From Deltaproteobacteria bacterium TL4 (GTDB lineage: Bacteria > SAR324 > NAC60-12), in NCBI GenBank assembly GCA_051382335.1, contig JBBCAX010000270.1, forward strand, positions 1 through 41,496: a stretch of DNA of 41,496 bases. The letters run 5' to 3'. Below are positions 17,266 through 27,394 of this stretch, in pieces. Under the pieces are notes generated by a model, which saw nothing but the letters and a program-made list of their open reading frames with translations, was not told the DNA's origin and made no database searches. Position 1 is the first letter of the stretch. Each line of letters opens with the position of its first letter. Both the position numbers and the translations under genes were made by a program.

Positions 17266-18633
17266 ATGAAGGTCATTTTTGTCAATCCACCACATATACG
17301 TTCTAAGAACTCATCTCCTGAAAATAATTTTAAAATAGAGGGCTTTGTGTTCAAGCCGCGGTATCGAAAGATTAAAGGAGCGTTGACGTTTTATTCATTT
17401 ATCCAGAAGATGGGCCTTGGGAGGAATGTCCGTTATGGTGTTCGTGCTGGCTCAAGATGGCCGTTCACAATGAATTCCCCTAATTATTCTCCCTATCCAT
17501 TTTTTATGGGATATGCCGCCAGCAACTTGAAGATCAATGGATTTGAGGTTAATATTCTTGATGCCGTCGCGGAAGAAGAATATGATTATTTGAAATTTTT
17601 AGAGGAAGTGCGTGCTGAAAAAGCAGACTTGGTGATTTTGGAATGCTCAACGCCAACTCTAGACATTGATCTTTGGTTTACTGAAAAGGTGTCAAAATTT
17701 GCTGATGTAGGGCTGGCAGGACCTCATTTAAATCCGGAAACAGCTACGGATATCCAGCAACAGCATCCTGAAATCAAATACTTCCTTTTGGGTGAATATA
17801 TTCTTAGTTCCTTAGAAGTTGCCACACAACAAAAAGAGGGGATTTATCCTTCGGAGGTTCTCAAGGATATTGATAACTTCCCCTTTCCTTTTCGAGATTA
17901 TAAAAGCGCCACCAAATACTATGATCCCAGTATGCCCACTTCAAAACCCCAGTTACAAATTTATAGCAGTAAGGGTTGCCCTTTCAAATGCACGTTCTGC
18001 TCATGGCCACAAACCATGTATTTTGGTAATGTCGCACTGAGATCTCCCGAAAAAATTACTCAGGAGATCAAAGAAGCTGTTACTAAACATGGCTATAAAA
18101 GTATCTTTTTTGATGACGACACTTTCAACTTGGGCACGCCACGTATTTCAAAACTGTGTGATTATTTGAAAGATATTGGACTGCCATGGACGATGATGGG
18201 TCGACTTGACTGCTCGCCTGATTGGCTCTACGACAAGATGGTGGACAGTGGCTGTGTTGGCATGCGTTTTGGGGTTGAAACCTTTAATCTGGACGTCTTG
18301 AAACGAGTTAAAAAAGGAATTGAACGGAAAGATTTTCGTGCGGCTTTGAAGTATGTCACAGATAACCATCCTCAAGTCATGATCCATTTGACAATGATGA
18401 AAAACATGCCAGGAATGACTGATGATATTCATGAGAATGACCTGAAAATCCTGAAAGAAATGGGCTTTTCTCCAGATAATATACAAAGGAGTTACCAATT
18501 GTCTAATTGTGCCCCTTTTCCAGGGACTGAACTTTACCGAGAAATGCAGAATACAATGGATGTTGATCGTTTGAAGGAATATAAATTGTATGATGGTGGG
18601 CAAGATACTGTAATGGGATCACGGCAATCATGA
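17266..18633 (+). CDS. B12-binding-domain radical SAM protein (HpnJ-like N-terminus)
   Basis: MKVIFVNPP start, B12-binding-like region (LAGPH, LGEY), SKGCPFKCTFC (CxxxCxxC), IFFDDDTFN, FGVET, PFPGTELY. Confidence 0.88.
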   Translation: MKVIFVNPPHIRSKNSSPENNFKIEGFVFKPRYRKIKGALTFYSFIQKMGLGRNVRYGVRAGSRWPFTMNSPNYSPYPFFMGYAASNLKINGFEVNILDAVAEEEYDYLKFLEEVRAEKADLVILECSTPTLDIDLWFTEKVSKFADVGLAGPHLNPETATDIQQQHPEIKYFLLGEYILSSLEVATQQKEGIYPSEVLKDIDNFPFPFRDYKSATKYYDPSMPTSKPQLQIYSSKGCPFKCTFCSWPQTMYFGNVALRSPEKITQEIKEAVTKHGYKSIFFDDDTFNLGTPRISKLCDYLKDIGLPWTMMGRLDCSPDWLYDKMVDSGCVGMRFGVETFNLDVLKRVKKGIERKDFRAALKYVTDNHPQVMIHLTMMKNMPGMTDDIHENDLKILKEMGFSPDNIQRSYQLSNCAPFPGTELYREMQNTMDVDRLKEYKLYDGGQDTVMGSRQS

Positions 18634-19490
18634 AAGTAGCGGTTATTGGAGCTTCAAGTTTTATAGGTTCTCACCTGTATCTGAGTCTCCAGAATAAATA
18701 TGGTCGCAATCAAGTCGTGGGAACCTATTTTTCCAATAAACGCTTGGACGAGCTCTGGATGCTGGATGTAACAGACAAAAACTCGGTTGATCAGTTTCTG
18801 GAGGCAACACAGCCGGAGCTACTCGTTTTGGTAGCTGGAAATAAAAACGTTCGTCAGTGTGAAGAAAATTGGGATCTAGCCTGTCGCCTCAATGTTTTGC
18901 CTCTTAATAATTTTCTTATATCTCAAAGTGAACATAATAGAAATTCAAGAATTCTATTGTTTTCTTCCGACTACGTATTTGATGGCAGCCAGGGGTACTA
19001 TACGACGCAAGATATCCCGCTTCCTGCAACCAATTATGGACGGAGCAAGCGAGCGGCTGAACTGCTATTCTTGAACCATCCAATGGAAGGAACCATCATT
19101 CGGACCTCAGCCGTCATGGGGAGGCATGGCGTGTTTTTTGATTGGCTGCTCCATGAACTGCAGGAGGCTAAGACTCTAGAACTTTTTACTGATGCCTTCT
19201 TTACCCCCACACCCATGGGACTTCTTTTAGATGTTACCCTGGCTCTTCTGGAGCAATCCTCTGACACAAAACACGAGATCATTCATATTGTCGGAGATAA
19301 ACGGTTTTCCAGATATGATTTTGCCAAGTATTGTCAAGAACTGCTCAACAATCATGCTACTGAACTTATTCCCATAATTAGAGGCGATAATTCAACCATT
19401 CCCTATGATCTCTCGATGAAAGCCTCTCCTTACGCTCAACAAAAGGCGCTACTGACGTTTGATGAATATATCCGCAAGGAGTGTCCATGA
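18630..19490 (+). CDS. RmlD-like NDP-4-keto-sugar reductase (SDR)
   Basis: VIGASSFIG, FSSDYVFDG, YGRSK, IIRTS; ATGA overlap with the radical SAM gene. Confidence 0.85.
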   Translation: MKVAVIGASSFIGSHLYLSLQNKYGRNQVVGTYFSNKRLDELWMLDVTDKNSVDQFLEATQPELLVLVAGNKNVRQCEENWDLACRLNVLPLNNFLISQSEHNRNSRILLFSSDYVFDGSQGYYTTQDIPLPATNYGRSKRAAELLFLNHPMEGTIIRTSAVMGRHGVFFDWLLHELQEAKTLELFTDAFFTPTPMGLLLDVTLALLEQSSDTKHEIIHIVGDKRFSRYDFAKYCQELLNNHATELIPIIRGDNSTIPYDLSMKASPYAQQKALLTFDEYIRKECP

Positions 19491-19861
19491 TTGAAATCAT
19501 CAAACCCTATTTTGTTCATTCTGATGTAAGAGGTTCCATTCAGGGACTTGTTAATTTTGGAAAATGGGAAGAAATAAATTACATTACATCCATTAAAGGT
19601 ACAGTTCGTGGCGGTCATTTTCACACACGAACCCGAGAACTTTTTGTCATACTTGAGGGGAAAATTGAAGTTACAGTACAGCATATTATCAATAATGCGT
19701 TGCATGGTAAAATTGAGAAATTAATTGTAGAAAAAAATCAGGTAGTGCTCGTTGAACCATTCACTAATCATATCTTTTGTTGTTTGGAAGATTCCTCGTG
19801 GATCAATATATTATCCACAAAAATGGATCCTGATTCCCCCGATTTTTTTCGACCAGAGTAA
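19487..19861 (+). CDS. Cupin-fold NDP-sugar epimerase/isomerase (RmlC/FdtA/CapF-cupin-like)
   Basis: DVRGS, VRGGHFH...ELFVILEG, EPFTNH; ATGA overlap with the reductase. Confidence 0.8.
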   Translation: MIEIIKPYFVHSDVRGSIQGLVNFGKWEEINYITSIKGTVRGGHFHTRTRELFVILEGKIEVTVQHIINNALHGKIEKLIVEKNQVVLVEPFTNHIFCCLEDSSWINILSTKMDPDSPDFFRPE

Positions 19862-19885
19862 TTCTGATTTATTGCAATAATACCT

Positions 19886-20818
19886 ATGATAAATGACACA
19901 TCGTTCATCCCGCCACAGCCATTGGAGACCGCCGTATTATTCTTGGTGTTCAATCGTCTGAGTACTACAAAACAAGTATTTGAAACTATTCGACAAGCTA
20001 AACCACCACGCCTCTATATAGCGTCAGATGGTGCCAGAAAAACCAAACCGGATGAGGAAGAAATAGTTAAATCAGTACGAATCTTTATTACGCAAAGTAT
20101 TGATTGGGACTGTGAAGTTAAAATGCTGTTTCGGGACACCAATCTCGGTTGTAAATATGCCGTAAGTAGTGCCATTACCTGGTTTTTTGAACATGAGAAG
20201 ATGGGCATCATTCTTGAGGATGATTGTCTGCCAAGCCCAAGCTTCTATGGGTTTTGTGAGGAGTTATTGGAAAAGTACAAGGACGATATGAGCGTTTGGC
20301 ATATCGGTGGTAGCAACTTTCAAGAGGATAATATGAGAGGTGATGCCAGTTATTATTTTTCTTGCTACAGCCATGTGTGGGGTTGGGCTAGTTGGGCAAA
20401 TCGTTGGCAATCTTACCATGTTGAACTAGACCAAATACAAGATGATTCCTTCATAAAGAGCACCTTTAATGATAGAAAAATATACGATTATTGGAGTAAA
20501 ACATTTATTAAAGTGAAAAATAAAGAAATTGATACATGGGATTATCAGTGGACATTCACATTATGGCACAATAATGGTTTATCTATTATTCCAAATGTTA
20601 ATATGATTTCAAATATTGGTTTTGGTAAAGACGCTACGCATACGACTTCACTAAATGATAAAAACTCAAAAAAAATAAGGGGTAATATTCTAAATATAAT
20701 ACATCCAGATACTTTCGAACGGTGTATTGAGGCCGATAACTATACAAATAATTCGTTTGTCCAACAACCATTATATAAACGTGTTTGGAAAAAGATTAAA
20801 ATGATGTTTGAAACATGA
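19886..20818 (+). CDS. GT-A nucleotide-diphospho-sugar transferase (HlpA-like family)
   Basis: VLFLVFNR, LYIASDG, NLGCK..V..AITWFF, IILEDDC, WGWASW, DTWDYQW, SNIGFG..ATHT. Confidence 0.85.
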   Translation: MINDTSFIPPQPLETAVLFLVFNRLSTTKQVFETIRQAKPPRLYIASDGARKTKPDEEEIVKSVRIFITQSIDWDCEVKMLFRDTNLGCKYAVSSAITWFFEHEKMGIILEDDCLPSPSFYGFCEELLEKYKDDMSVWHIGGSNFQEDNMRGDASYYFSCYSHVWGWASWANRWQSYHVELDQIQDDSFIKSTFNDRKIYDYWSKTFIKVKNKEIDTWDYQWTFTLWHNNGLSIIPNVNMISNIGFGKDATHTTSLNDKNSKKIRGNILNIIHPDTFERCIEADNYTNNSFVQQPLYKRVWKKIKMMFET

Positions 20819-21609
20819 ACTGCAAAATTTGTCAAAAAAGTTCCCATAAGCTTTATGAAGCCATCATACTGAATAAATATAAAATAGACTTTTACCATTG
20901 CTCACTATGTGGATTCTTGCAAACAGAAGAACCCTATTGGTTAGAGGAAGCATATTCAAGGCCCATCAATATTTCAGATACGGGTTACATGCAGCGAAAC
21001 CTGAATCTGTCGAGGCAGTTAACCACTCTCTTTTCATTATTTTTTAATGTTCAAGGAAAGTATTTGGATTATGCTGGGGGCTATGGGGTTTTTGTCAGAT
21101 TGATGAGGGATGTCGGATTTGATTATTATTGGGATGATAAATATTCTCAAAACCTTTTTTCTGAAGGGTTTGAGTGGGATCAGTCAAAACCAAACAGCAT
21201 TGAAGCCATCACCACATTTGAAAGTTTTGAGCATTTTGTTAATCCTATGGAAGAAATAGATAAAATTCTTTCCATTTCGAACAATTTAATATTTACAACA
21301 CTGCTGTTACCTGACCCAATACCCACCCCGGACAACTGGTGGTATTACGGATTAGATCACGGGCAGCATATTTCTTTTTATACTGAGAAAACGCTCCGAT
21401 ATATCGCTAATCATTTTGAGCTACATTATTTTAATACAGGCTATTTTTTCATGCTGACATCAAAAGATAATATCTCCAAGCATAAACTCAAATTGCTCAA
21501 GTTGGGCAATTATGGATTAAATACATTTATGCAAAAAAGGCTTAAAAGCAAGGTTTGGGATGACTACCTTTTGATGTCAAAAATAACTAATGCATGTTTG
21601 ACAGACTGA
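20815..21609 (+). CDS. Class I SAM-dependent methyltransferase with N-terminal Cys4 zinc-ribbon
   Basis: CKIC...CSLC, YLDYAGGYG, FESFEHF, GQHISFY. Confidence 0.8.
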   Translation: MNCKICQKSSHKLYEAIILNKYKIDFYHCSLCGFLQTEEPYWLEEAYSRPINISDTGYMQRNLNLSRQLTTLFSLFFNVQGKYLDYAGGYGVFVRLMRDVGFDYYWDDKYSQNLFSEGFEWDQSKPNSIEAITTFESFEHFVNPMEEIDKILSISNNLIFTTLLLPDPIPTPDNWWYYGLDHGQHISFYTEKTLRYIANHFELHYFNTGYFFMLTSKDNISKHKLKLLKLGNYGLNTFMQKRLKSKVWDDYLLMSKITNACLTD

Positions 21610-22716
21610 ATGAAAATTGCTTTTGATTATCAGATCTTTTATTTACAATCCTATGGAGGTGTATCAAGGTATATCACATGCCTTGCGCAACACCTGAGTC
21701 GTAATAATCAAGAGGTCCGTATCTTCGCCCCTTTGCATCGAAACCGTTATCTTCAAGAGTTACCTAAAGACCTTGTCTGTGGAATTGGACTTCAGAATTA
21801 TCCCCCAAAAACTGCCAGAATTTGTCTATCGCTCAACTGGGTTATAGCTAAAAGTGCCATTTCCCTTTGGAAACCGAATATTATTCATGAAACCTATTTT
21901 TCCCGTTTTAGATCTGGCTCCAAAAACTGCCCCACGATCATTACTGTTTATGACATGATTCACGAACTGTTTCCTGATAAATTTGCTCAGGGGAATGATT
22001 ATACCAAAACGAAAATTGAAGCTCTCAAAAGAGCTGATCACATCATTTGTATTACGGAAAACACACGTCGTGATCTGATTCGATTGTTTGACGTTCCTGA
22101 AGAGCAGACGACAACGATTCATCTGGGGTTTGAACATTTCACCTCCAACATCGCAATAAAGCATCCAACAACTGTTAACCAACGCCCCTATCTGCTGTTT
22201 GTCGGAAATCGTACAGGCTACAAGAACTTTGCTGGTTTCATCACAGCAGTCACCAGATCTGAAAAATTGAAAAAAGATTTCGATATTGTTGCTTTTGGTG
22301 GGGGTAGCTTTTCTTCCTCTGAAATTGAAATGATTTCCAAACTTGGGTTCAAGGCCGATCAAGTGAAACAATTCAGTGGTGATGACCACCTCATGGGGCA
22401 GCTATACGCAAATGCGAGAGCTTTTATCTACCCATCACTTTATGAAGGTTTTGGGTTACCTCCCCTTGAGGCAATGGCCCATAATTGTCCTGTAGTGAGT
22501 AGCAATACCAGCTCTATGCCTGAAGTCATCGGTGATGCGGGAGAGTTTTTTGATCCCATGAATACGGAGAACATGATCCAAGCTATCGAAAATGTGGTTT
22601 ATTCTGATGAGCGAATAAGCCACTTGGTACGTATGGGACAACAGCGGTTGTTGCCTTTTAGCTGGGATCAATGCGCAAAAAAAACATTAGAGATCTATAC
22701 GTCTTTGAGTGTATAG
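21610..22716 (+). CDS. GT4 glycosyltransferase (MtfB/WbaZ-like)
   Basis: GGVSRY, TVYDMIHE, YKNF, YPSLYEGFGLPPLEAM. Confidence 0.92.
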   Translation: MKIAFDYQIFYLQSYGGVSRYITCLAQHLSRNNQEVRIFAPLHRNRYLQELPKDLVCGIGLQNYPPKTARICLSLNWVIAKSAISLWKPNIIHETYFSRFRSGSKNCPTIITVYDMIHELFPDKFAQGNDYTKTKIEALKRADHIICITENTRRDLIRLFDVPEEQTTTIHLGFEHFTSNIAIKHPTTVNQRPYLLFVGNRTGYKNFAGFITAVTRSEKLKKDFDIVAFGGGSFSSSEIEMISKLGFKADQVKQFSGDDHLMGQLYANARAFIYPSLYEGFGLPPLEAMAHNCPVVSSNTSSMPEVIGDAGEFFDPMNTENMIQAIENVVYSDERISHLVRMGQQRLLPFSWDQCAKKTLEIYTSLSV

Positions 22717-22773
22717 CTCTTTACCCCAAGTCTCTATCAACACAGCCCTTGACGCTGAACCAGAACATCTATC

Positions 22774-24060
22774 GTGTTACTCCCAGACCTCAGCTCTTTT
22801 GACTACTTATTATATACTTTTATTTTTATTGGCGTGTTGGGAGGGAGTCTGATATTCGTCAGGAAACAGCTCTGGAACATGCTGGATCCATTAATATTAG
22901 TCCTGTTTAATGTGACCTTTAATGTATCTATAATTTTTTATTCTTTTATTTACCAAAATCTCGAAGGTACTAGTTTATATTTTGTAATTCTTTGTTGGAT
23001 AGCGCTTCTATTGGGCCTACGCACAACATTCCTAAATAGACTACGCTTTAATGGGGCTCCGTTATTAGGAAATGTTCTGAGTGTTCCCTCCCGTTTTATT
23101 ACCGTGTTTTTTTTATTACTGAGTGTTCTCTTTATTTCTTTGAATCATTTTTTTTTCATCAGTCAAATCGGTTTTGGAATATTCAGTGGCGCCAATCCTG
23201 ATATTGTAAAAGTAACAGTTTCACAGGGAGGATATGGGGTATTCAAGCATTTATCCGTAGCAGGGCGCTTGGTATTTATTCCGCTTTTGTTTCAGATCTA
23301 TTTTAGATATCGAATGAAAATACTTTTTTATGTGTTAACAATCTGGTTTTTGTTGACTTCATTGATTTTTGGGTTTAGCAAATCGGGTCTTGTGTTTATG
23401 CTGTTTGATCTGGGCATCCTTATTTTTTATTACCAAAAAGCACTGAAGATCAGTTTTTTTTCTATGAAAAACGTTTCTCTGCTGGCAATTCTGGGAGGAC
23501 TTCCAGCCTTGATTACCCTTCAAATTATTAGCACAAAATATGGGACATCGATCCTTGAGTTAGTCGTCCAACGATTTCTTGTAACAGGAGGAGGTACTTA
23601 TGGGTATTTTACATTGGAGGGATATAAATTTTTCAATAACATTTCTTTTATAGAGAAGCTGGCCTATTACTTTGACACGTTGCTTTCCTCATTTCGATTG
23701 AAACAATGGGAAGAGATGTCCCATATGGCTCGCATGATCTATCATCTCACGGGATTGAATGCCCCCGGATTCGGGGCGAATCCTTACCTTTTTGTGGATT
23801 CACATTTTTTATTTGGATGGTTCGGGATTCTTTATTGCTACTTCGTTGGATTGCTGATTAGCTTTACACGGTCACTCAATATTAATTTTATTTTTTTCTA
23901 TATTTTTGTGAATATGTCCATGCTTATGGTTGCGGATCCCGCAATCGCACAAGCACAGATCGTCGCTATGAGTCTTTTTATCCCCTTCATCGTCTTTGCT
24001 TACATGTTATTATATATCTATCAATCCAAATGGTCATTTAAATTGGCTCGGTTAAAGTAG
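22774..24060 (+). CDS. wzy: Putative polysaccharide polymerase
   Basis: About 11 hydrophobic segments, GFSKSGL motif, a large late loop followed by FGWFG; AT-rich; position inside a wzx cluster. Confidence 0.7.
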   Translation: MLLPDLSSFDYLLYTFIFIGVLGGSLIFVRKQLWNMLDPLILVLFNVTFNVSIIFYSFIYQNLEGTSLYFVILCWIALLLGLRTTFLNRLRFNGAPLLGNVLSVPSRFITVFFLLLSVLFISLNHFFFISQIGFGIFSGANPDIVKVTVSQGGYGVFKHLSVAGRLVFIPLLFQIYFRYRMKILFYVLTIWFLLTSLIFGFSKSGLVFMLFDLGILIFYYQKALKISFFSMKNVSLLAILGGLPALITLQIISTKYGTSILELVVQRFLVTGGGTYGYFTLEGYKFFNNISFIEKLAYYFDTLLSSFRLKQWEEMSHMARMIYHLTGLNAPGFGANPYLFVDSHFLFGWFGILYCYFVGLLISFTRSLNINFIFFYIFVNMSMLMVADPAIAQAQIVAMSLFIPFIVFAYMLLYIYQSKWSFKLARLK

Positions 24061-24063
24061 AAA

Positions 24064-25152
24064 ATGAAACTACCCGTAAGAGTTGCCTTTGTCGCGTATC
24101 ATCTCAGCGGAAATGAGACTGGAATCGGGAAAGTTTGCTCCCATTTCGCGGAAGAGATGGAAAAAAAAGAGGATCTGCAACTGATTCAGATGACACCACC
24201 GGCTTTGGTTAAAGGAGAGGGGATTCTGTATAAAATTCTAAACAGAATCCGGTTTGAACTCTGGTATAACTTTGTAATTCCCTTCCAAATAAAGCAAGAA
24301 AAAGTGGACTTGTATCTGGAAATGAATATGCTTTTTCCACTTTTTAAATTTTGCAAGTTTTCCTTTTTCCTTTATGATCTTGCGTTTCTCAAATTTCCAG
24401 AATTTGTAACGTACTCCAATTATGTCAGACGAATCCATTTTTTAAAAAAAATCGGAAAACGTAACGACCTGATTTTGACCATTTCAGATTCCACTAAATT
24501 CGATTTCTATGAACATACACAGTCCACAAACCCTCACGTCCAGACTTGCTATTTAGCGTCCTCCTGTCAAAATTATGGAACCAAAAAAGTAATAGACGAG
24601 GCTGAAGGTTATTTTTTATTTGTCAGTACAATAGAACCCCGCAAAAATGTAGCAGAATTAATCAAAGCCTTTTATCGATTTTTGGATGAAGTGACGCCAG
24701 AATTTAGACTGGTTCTGATTGGAAAAATGGGATGGAAGACAGAAGAAATAGTCAAGGTACTGGAAAGTGATCCGGAGAAACGGAAGAAAGTATTGCTCAC
24801 GGGATATGTTGATGAAAAAGAACTTTCCGCTTATTATGCTGGAGCCAAAGCATTGGTGTACCCTAGCCATTATGAGGGGTTCGGGCTTCCGATTCTTGAA
24901 GCCATGATTCACGAAACTCCTGTGATCACATGTGAAAACTCCTCACTGAAAGAGATAGGGGGTGATGCTGTGCTTTACTGTGGAGAGGATGCCTTGAGTA
25001 TCGCCGAATGCATGAAAGTGATTTATCGGGACAAAGAACGAGTTGCTCAATTAGTTCTTCGATCCAGAGAACAACGTAAAAAATTTTCGTGGGAATTATT
25101 CGGAGAAAAAGTCTATCAGGAAATCGTTCAATATTGCGGTGAGAGCCAATGA
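24064..25152 (+). CDS. GT4 glycosyltransferase
   Basis: STIEPRKN, YPSHYEGFGLPILEAM. Confidence 0.92.
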   Translation: MKLPVRVAFVAYHLSGNETGIGKVCSHFAEEMEKKEDLQLIQMTPPALVKGEGILYKILNRIRFELWYNFVIPFQIKQEKVDLYLEMNMLFPLFKFCKFSFFLYDLAFLKFPEFVTYSNYVRRIHFLKKIGKRNDLILTISDSTKFDFYEHTQSTNPHVQTCYLASSCQNYGTKKVIDEAEGYFLFVSTIEPRKNVAELIKAFYRFLDEVTPEFRLVLIGKMGWKTEEIVKVLESDPEKRKKVLLTGYVDEKELSAYYAGAKALVYPSHYEGFGLPILEAMIHETPVITCENSSLKEIGGDAVLYCGEDALSIAECMKVIYRDKERVAQLVLRSREQRKKFSWELFGEKVYQEIVQYCGESQ

Positions 25153-26234
25153 ATTTTGTCTTCATTAATACAGGAAATAAAAATCAGAATGCCGGGATTG
25201 TACGATGTCTTGGTCTTGGAGAATCATTGGTGAGAATGGGGCATCAGGTCACAATATTGATTTCCGATCAAAAAGAAAATGTTGATACCTACCAACAGCA
25301 ATATAATGGAGTTCAATTCATTTATACCGCATCAGGAAGTATCAAGGAACAACTTGATAAAACCTACAAACTCGTATGTCTAAAAAATATTGACGTAGTT
25401 CATTGTATGGGAGCTGGTTCAAGTATTTTCATTCCAGCTTTAATTACGAAAATATTATTTAGAAGACGTTTTTTGCTTGTTGTCGATTATGAAGACAAAC
25501 AATCTTTAATGCTTCCTGGAAATCGACAACTCATCTATAGACTCTATGAGTGGCTCAGTTTTCGTTATGCTGACAAAATTGTTTGCGCAAGCAGGCAATT
25601 GGCCAACGAATACCAAAAGCGTTTTTCCAGACAGGTCTTTTATCTCCCCTTTGCCGCCAGTCAGCAATACCTTATCTCCACTAAAATCAAGCAAGAGTTT
25701 TTGAACCTATGTTACTTGGGAAATTTGATTGAGGCGTATGCTGAGCAATTCAATTTTCTGATTAATGCTATTCCTTATCTTCACCAGAGTGGGATACGAT
25801 TTCAATTACACATAATTGGAGGGGGAAATTTTTTAGAAGAGTTAAAGTTGAAAGCTAAGGAAAAAGAAATTGAAAAAGAAGTAGCGTTTCATGGTTTTGT
25901 TCCAGATCGTGAATTGGAACATTTGATGCGGAAAATGGATATATTTCTACTTCCTGTTTCCGATACGCCAATGAACAAATATCGGTGTCCTCATAAAGCG
26001 TTCCTATATTGTTCCACAGGGTTACCGATTGTTACGAATCAGGTGGGAGAAGTAGCTCAGTTACTAGGCAATTATCCCAATACTATCTATTTTGAAGAAA
26101 ATGATTATCGTTCTTTTGTTCAGGCAATCCTCAACGCATCCCAACTTCATCATGAAGTACCGGATTCATTCTACCATTCTATTTCGTGGAACCATAGAAC
26201 CACAGAATATCTGACGATGCTTAATTTGGCATAG
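25149..26234 (+). CDS. GT4-like glycosyltransferase
   Basis: GHQVTI, YLGNL, HIIGGG, FHGFVP, CPHKAFLYCSTGLPIV (a variant of the PxKxxEY motif). Confidence 0.82.
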   Translation: MNFVFINTGNKNQNAGIVRCLGLGESLVRMGHQVTILISDQKENVDTYQQQYNGVQFIYTASGSIKEQLDKTYKLVCLKNIDVVHCMGAGSSIFIPALITKILFRRRFLLVVDYEDKQSLMLPGNRQLIYRLYEWLSFRYADKIVCASRQLANEYQKRFSRQVFYLPFAASQQYLISTKIKQEFLNLCYLGNLIEAYAEQFNFLINAIPYLHQSGIRFQLHIIGGGNFLEELKLKAKEKEIEKEVAFHGFVPDRELEHLMRKMDIFLLPVSDTPMNKYRCPHKAFLYCSTGLPIVTNQVGEVAQLLGNYPNTIYFEENDYRSFVQAILNASQLHHEVPDSFYHSISWNHRTTEYLTMLNLA

Positions 26235-26266
26235 TCCAGCTCCATAACATTCTGTAAACAGACTTA

Positions 26267-27394
26267 TTGAAACTGATGGTGACAATGCTGGCAATAAACG
26301 GAAAGGTTTTTACTCAGAACAGTACAGGAGTGGGTCGCTTTGCCTTTGAGGTGATTCGAAGTCTTGATTTTGAACGAACCCCCTTTGAAATTTTAACTCC
26401 AAACCTTCCCATTCACAAAGAATACAAAGAGTTGGAGCCTTTTGTTTGGAGAGATGAAAGTGCCATGAATCCGTTTTTATGGCAATTCATAAGGCTTCCC
26501 TGCTTGTTAAGAGGGAAAAAATATAGTTGTTTATGGTCTCCCGCAAACATAGGACCTATTTTTTCTCCAGTTCCTCATTATTTGACCCTTCATGATTTCA
26601 CCTTTTTTCATGACAAAAATTGGATGCCTTTTCTTCCACGGTATTTCTATCAGGTCCTGATCCCTCAAATCTGTAAAAGAGCGGAAATGATTTTTTTTGA
26701 TTGTGAAACGATCCACGAGGAATATTTCGCATTAAATGTCAGTAACAATAGAAATACGAGCTGGATTTATCTGGGTTCCGACCATATTCCACTGTTGGAA
26801 GGTTTTTCCGAATCTTTAGCAATTCCTCAAAAAAAATATTTTGTCGTCTTGGGAAACATCGAAAAACGGAAGAATTTTTCAAGGTTAATCCGAGCTTGGG
26901 AGCAGTTAGCACAAGCGCCTCAATTTGATTATCAACTTTATGTCATTGGGGAAAAGAAAAAGAGAGATAAGCGTGTTGAGGATGACGTTCACCCCTCCAT
27001 CGTGTTTCTGGGATATGTCGCTGATCAGGAGATGAACCATCTGCTGGCCGAGGCGAGAGGATTATTATTCCCTTCTTTATATGAAGGCTTTGGATTTCCG
27101 ATTGTCGAGGCCTTTCGCAGGGGGTGCCCTGTTATTACCAGCAACTATGGAACCATGAGTGAAATAGGCGGAAATGCCGCCATTCAAGTGGATCCCAATT
27201 CGGAAAGGGAAATCAAGGATGCGATTACGCGACTAATGGGCAATGAGGCGCTCTATCTGGAATTAAGGAAAAAAAGCTTGGATCGACAACGGATATTTGC
27301 GTGGGACAATACGGTCCGTTTCTATCAAAATATTCTTTTCGAACAAAGGATCGGATCATCAAATGGTAAAACCTCACAAAAGGAAGGTCGATGA
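26267..27394 (+). CDS. GT4 glycosyltransferase
   Basis: TGVGRFA, TLHD, GNIEKRKN, FPSLYEGFGFPIVEA. The start is probably a few codons later. Confidence 0.9.
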   Translation: MKLMVTMLAINGKVFTQNSTGVGRFAFEVIRSLDFERTPFEILTPNLPIHKEYKELEPFVWRDESAMNPFLWQFIRLPCLLRGKKYSCLWSPANIGPIFSPVPHYLTLHDFTFFHDKNWMPFLPRYFYQVLIPQICKRAEMIFFDCETIHEEYFALNVSNNRNTSWIYLGSDHIPLLEGFSESLAIPQKKYFVVLGNIEKRKNFSRLIRAWEQLAQAPQFDYQLYVIGEKKKRDKRVEDDVHPSIVFLGYVADQEMNHLLAEARGLLFPSLYEGFGFPIVEAFRRGCPVITSNYGTMSEIGGNAAIQVDPNSEREIKDAITRLMGNEALYLELRKKSLDRQRIFAWDNTVRFYQNILFEQRIGSSNGKTSQKEGR

